This document shows positions 16,919-20,000 of a stretch of DNA of 20,000 nucleotides, in pieces; position 1 is the stretch's first letter; each line of letters begins with the position of its first letter. Source of the DNA: an uncultured virus (IMG/VR IMGVR_UViG_2896054739_000006) (taxonomy: Duplodnaviria > Heunggongvirae > Uroviricota > Caudoviricetes); IMG/VR virus record IMGVR_UViG_2896054739_000006, one strand, 5' to 3'. Below the pieces are notes generated by a model, which saw only the letters and a program-made list of their open reading frames with translations, made no database searches and was not told the origin of the DNA. The position numbers were made by a program, and so were the translations under genes.

Positions 16919-17823
16919 TATCTCACCTCGTATTCCAGAAACATTTCTTCCAGGGTCTCTTTCAACGTTCCGAAGTCATTCTCTCCAACTTTTACTACTA
17001 CCGTCAGCATCTTCTCTGACGCAAATAATAATTCTGTTTCTCCCGGCATTTCTGGTTTTCCCGGCTCCTCTTCCTCCCCATTTTCCAATGGCACGGAAAG
17101 CGTGTCATTAAGCGCCGGTGAAGCCTGCATGGCACTGGCTTTCTTCTCTGCCTCCTCTTTTGCCAGGCGTTCATGCTCCGCCTCTTCCCTCGCCTGCTCC
17201 ATGAACCGCTCCTTTTGTTTCTGCAGGTCATTGATTACGGCAATGGCTTCCTGAAGGCTCCCGGTTTCTTTTAACTTGTCAAGGGCATCCTTTTCAAATT
17301 CCGAACCCATAGATTTTATTGTGGAGATAGAAACTTTGGTCTGGTCAAACAGCCTTTCCATATCTTCACGGATTTTTTTCTCGGAATACGTCGCATTTTC
17401 CCATTTGCTGTTGTAAATGCGTTCCAGAGGAAGCCACTCTTCAAGGTCCCCTTTCACAAAATCGTAGGCCTTCTGTATCCCCTGCCTTTTCGCCTGCCTG
17501 CGCTTTTCCTCATATTCGGCAAGCTGGCCATTAATAACATTTACCGGTTCGTCATAAAGGGATATAATCTGCTTTGCCCTTTTCTCAAACGCCTCATACG
17601 GTGCCATCCACCGTTCTTTAATAGCCTTGCGGTCATCATCCAAGGCTTTCTTCTCTTTCCGGATATCTGCAAGAAACTTTTTCCCGTTTTTCACAGAATC
17701 CTCTGTTATTACCATCATGCTGTATTCCTGAACTTTTTCACGGATGCAGAGCTCTACCGCATCCAGATTGTCCTCAATCGTTCCAACGTTACCTTTAACC
17801 TGTACGGATACTAAATCTGCCAT
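16918..17823 (-). CDS. DUF1351 domain coiled-coil protein
   Basis: VITED..K..KK.LA.I.K....LDD.RK.IK..WM.PY..FE and I.N.KW.N.T motifs; typical position upstream of ERF; TAATG coupling. Confidence 0.85.
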   Translation of the reverse strand: MADLVSVQVKGNVGTIEDNLDAVELCIREKVQEYSMMVITEDSVKNGKKFLADIRKEKKALDDDRKAIKERWMAPYEAFEKRAKQIISLYDEPVNVINGQLAEYEEKRRQAKRQGIQKAYDFVKGDLEEWLPLERIYNSKWENATYSEKKIREDMERLFDQTKVSISTIKSMGSEFEKDALDKLKETGSLQEAIAVINDLQKQKERFMEQAREEAEHERLAKEEAEKKASAMQASPALNDTLSVPLENGEEEEPGKPEMPGETELLFASEKMLTVVVKVGENDFGTLKETLEEMFLEYEVR

Positions 17824-17881
17824 ATCTATTCTCCTTTCATTTTTATCCTGCTATTCCACAGGCAGATTAAATACATTTTTC

Positions 17882-17956
17882 TTGATTTTTTTTAAAAACA
17901 CTGATACAATATGATTATCCGTTAGGGCATCTTGGCTTCGGCCAGGTGCTCTTTTT
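17882..17956 (+). ncRNA. Putative antisense mini-transcript: promoter plus UUCG-tetraloop terminator hairpin
   Basis: TTGATT(17882-17887)-17 bp-TACAAT(17905-17910) with TGn; hairpin AGGGCATC-T-TGGC-TTCG-GCCA-GGTGCTCT (17924-17952) then TTTT. Confidence 0.55.
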
Positions 17957-17977
17957 CCATGTCTGGCGTCTGCCATG

Positions 17978-18211
17978 TTACTTTTCTTTTTCTTGGATAA
18001 ACATTTCATTGGCTGTTTCCTCCAATGCATCTATAAAATAATGAATTGCACCCCAGGCTATCATATAAGCTATAGGAATTAATAAAAATTCTCCCCCAAG
18101 AGCCTTGTAACCCCTTTCCAGATATGCCATATTCACCCCCCATCTTCCAATCATGTATGTAACTGCCACAGAATATATGGACTCAATCAGATGCCTTATG
18201 AATAGTTTCAC
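17978..18211 (-). CDS. Small membrane protein (two hydrophobic segments)
   Basis: GTG start with GGGAGA RBS, overlapping the hydrolase end; AYLERGYKALGGEFLLIP core. Confidence 0.7.
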   Translation of the reverse strand: MKLFIRHLIESIYSVAVTYMIGRWGVNMAYLERGYKALGGEFLLIPIAYMIAWGAIHYFIDALEETANEMFIQEKEK

Positions 18212-18791
18212 CTTCTCCCTCCCTTTCTTCGTAAAAGTAATGCTTCCCATGCTTAAACATAAAATGCAGGTTGTCCCTGTGCCAGGTGGATTCACTCTCA
18301 CTTTCAAAATAAGTGGCGCCACAGCTTCCATCCCATTTTTCCAAAAGAATTAAGTCTAACGCTGCCTTGCAGTCCGCATCCGGCTTTACCTCATAAAAAC
18401 GCCCGTTGCCTACAGGGCTGAACTGCCCCGGCTGAAATATGACTTCCCTTATGGAATCCGGGAACTTGGCATCTCTTGTCCTGTTAAGGACGGCCAGCAT
18501 CACAAGAGCCTTACCTTCCGTGTCCTCGCCCTCAGCCTCAGCCATTGCAATTTTTTGAAGCAGATATGCATCCTCCGCAGTAAAGCTGTATAACAGGCTA
18601 GTTTCATCCTTTGAAAAGACACGCCCTATATTCCAGTCCTGCCGTATGGGAATTATCTGGCACTCTGCAGATAAATCATTTTCCTCTGCCATACTTGCGG
18701 TTATGCTGCATGAAGTATGAACGGATGCCGCAAGTGCTAAAAGTGTCAGGCCGGAGACCAGGCACAGGCTAAGAACATTTTTTGCCCGCAT
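18183..18791 (-). CDS. SleB/CwlJ-type cell wall hydrolase (Hydrolase_2) with N-terminal signal/anchor
   Basis: LL.KIAMAEAEGE...GK.LV...VLNR....FPDSI.EVI.QPGQFS, GATYF, G.HYFY; hydrophobic N-terminus; GAGGAGG RBS. Confidence 0.9.
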   Translation of the reverse strand: MRAKNVLSLCLVSGLTLLALAASVHTSCSITASMAEENDLSAECQIIPIRQDWNIGRVFSKDETSLLYSFTAEDAYLLQKIAMAEAEGEDTEGKALVMLAVLNRTRDAKFPDSIREVIFQPGQFSPVGNGRFYEVKPDADCKAALDLILLEKWDGSCGATYFESESESTWHRDNLHFMFKHGKHYFYEEREGEGETIHKASD

Positions 18792-18969
18792 AGCCAGCCT
18801 CCTCATTGTCAAATACAAATGCCATCTGCCTAGATTTAGACTCTATCCTGTAATGCCACTTTAAAAACTCCTGTTTCTTCTGCCGTTCTTTTGCTTCTTC
18901 TATGCAGTCGCACTTTTCGCCGGGGTCCAAAGCAGCCCCGCATTTCGGACAAACCTTAAAATATGCCAT
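18769..18969 (-). CDS. Small Zn-finger protein
   Basis: CPKCGAALDPGEKCDC; AGGAGGT RBS. Confidence 0.75.
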   Translation of the reverse strand: MAYFKVCPKCGAALDPGEKCDCIEEAKERQKKQEFLKWHYRIESKSRQMAFVFDNEEAGYAGKKCS

Positions 18970-18979
18970 GACATACCTC

Positions 18980-19228
18980 CTATTCTCCATTGATTACCTT
19001 ATCCACTTCATCCATAGGGATATCAAAAATATCCGAAAACAGATACTTGTTTGCTTTCCCTGCCGGGAATGGATGGTTCCCTTTCTTCTTAGCCTGTTCG
19101 TTCACATCACGGACAATGTCATATGCCTTGCTTTTCCCGCATCCCAGAAGTATGGACACATCTTCCTGGGTAACAAATATCCGTGTGCTCTTCCTTACAA
19201 CTCCCGGCGCTGTTGCCAATGCACTCAT
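18980..19228 (-). CDS. Excisionase-like HTH protein
   Basis: FVTQEDVSILLGCGKSKAYDIVRDVN...K.G...F.GK pattern; GAGGAGG RBS. Confidence 0.75.
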   Translation of the reverse strand: MSALATAPGVVRKSTRIFVTQEDVSILLGCGKSKAYDIVRDVNEQAKKKGNHPFPAGKANKYLFSDIFDIPMDEVDKVINGE

Positions 19229-19259
19229 ACAATTCCTCCTCTCCAATTTTTCCATCTGC

Positions 19260-19736
19260 TCAGAGATTTTTCTTGACCCATAATTTCAGGCTACATGCTA
19301 TCTGTTCGAGCTCTTCCAAATTTGAAAGCACCCGTTGCAAGTCAGCTTTTTCTGATTCATCGATTATTCCGTCCTCTACGATATCCAGCAAAAGTTCTCT
19401 GGTTTCGCCTACTTTGCGAAAAGACGAAATTACACTAACTGTAATCCTATCCAAAGTCACAATATCCACCTTTGGCATATCTCCACCCAGAGGACACACA
19501 TTTGTACAATAATAGTTCTCCAGTTCCGGGGCATTATATAGATCCGCCATCTTTAAGACCATATCCGGCGGCACTGTTTTTGTGACGCCAAGTTCATAAT
19601 CTGAAAGGGTTGAAACGGATATTCCCAGAAGCTCTGCCGCTTTTTCTTTTGAAAATAGGCTGTCATTGTATTTTGCCGCATCTATCCTAGCCCTGCAGAA
19701 TGGGTTATTCGCTGCTTTCGTAGGCCGCCTCCCCAT
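19260..19736 (-). CDS. XRE-type HTH regulator with CII-like C-terminal region
   Basis: SKEKAAELLGISVSTLSDYELG HTH; YYC..CPLG; DIVEDGIIDESE. Located directly after the cro-like gene. Confidence 0.8.
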   Translation of the reverse strand: MGRRPTKAANNPFCRARIDAAKYNDSLFSKEKAAELLGISVSTLSDYELGVTKTVPPDMVLKMADLYNAPELENYYCTNVCPLGGDMPKVDIVTLDRITVSVISSFRKVGETRELLLDIVEDGIIDESEKADLQRVLSNLEELEQIACSLKLWVKKNL

Positions 19737-19764
19737 TTATTCCACTTCCTTTCCCGGTTATAAT
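19736..19764 (+). promoter_or_regulatory. Candidate PRE-like antisense promoter
   Basis: TTTATT(19736-19741)-17 bp-TATAAT(19759-19764), pointing through the cro-like gene. Confidence 0.4.
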
Positions 19765-19790
19765 TTTCTATAGAACCTTTCCTGTCCCGC

Positions 19791-20000
19791 TTACAAACAG
19801 GCGTTAGCTTCCTGCTGTATGTCAAGCGCCTGATTAATTTTATTAATTGTTTCGCTGGGCGCTGTTATCCTGCCGTTTATAATGGCAGACAGATAGGTTC
19901 TGGATAAACCCGTAGCATCTGACAGCCCAGTTAAAGAGATTCCTTTGATTGCCAACTGTGCTTTGCACTGTCTGCCCCAGGGTGTAATTGTTTTGCTCAT
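19791..20000 (-). CDS. Cro-like XRE HTH protein
   Basis: 69 aa, ISLTGLSDATGLSRTYLSAIINGR; first gene of the early lytic operon in the window. Confidence 0.85.
   Translation of the reverse strand: MSKTITPWGRQCKAQLAIKGISLTGLSDATGLSRTYLSAIINGRITAPSETINKINQALDIQQEANACL

Larger units (their letters stand above)
870..20000 (-). mobile_element. Prophage early/replication/accessory region; continues beyond the right edge
   Basis: Co-oriented, tightly overlapping phage genes in the canonical siphovirus order. Confidence 0.93.

Noticed and set aside
116..19512. Plus-strand ORFs in the track (e.g. 872-1327, 10419-10916, 13012-13623)
   Set aside because: Antisense shadows of well-supported minus-strand genes; no recognisable motifs.

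Overview
Most of the window (about 870-20000) is the early/replication half of a temperate phage. It is probably from a Clostridia/Lachnospiraceae-type host (inferred from gene families and strong AGGAGG RBSs). All real genes are on the minus strand. In transcription order (right to left): Cro-like HTH, CII-like HTH, excisionase-like HTH, small Zn-finger, SleB-type cell wall hydrolase, small membrane protein, DUF1351-ERF-NinB recombination module, a divergent CCA/poly(A)-polymerase-like nucleotidyltransferase, SSB, a replication initiator containing an 11-bp-periodic iteron array, a PcfK(AcrIIA9-like)/PcfJ pair, DUF5131 radical-SAM-like protein, RecU, a phage-encoded beta clamp (DnaN), small accessory genes (YopX, PD-(D/E)xK nuclease, a frameshifted ASCH-like gene), and a putative late regulator. 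After the regulator come a promoter-terminator leader and a sodium:solute symporter. The symporter is abruptly truncated at about 870 by what looks like the end of a second integrative element (arm-type ACACCA repeats, its own excisionase-like gene and a further gene), i.e. an element nested in the prophage. Notable non-coding signals are two matching antisense 'promoter + tetraloop hairpin + U-tract' mini-transcription units, a PRE-like antisense promoter, and a lambda pR'-like arrangement before the late region. Family assignments come from motif recognition by eye, not database searches.
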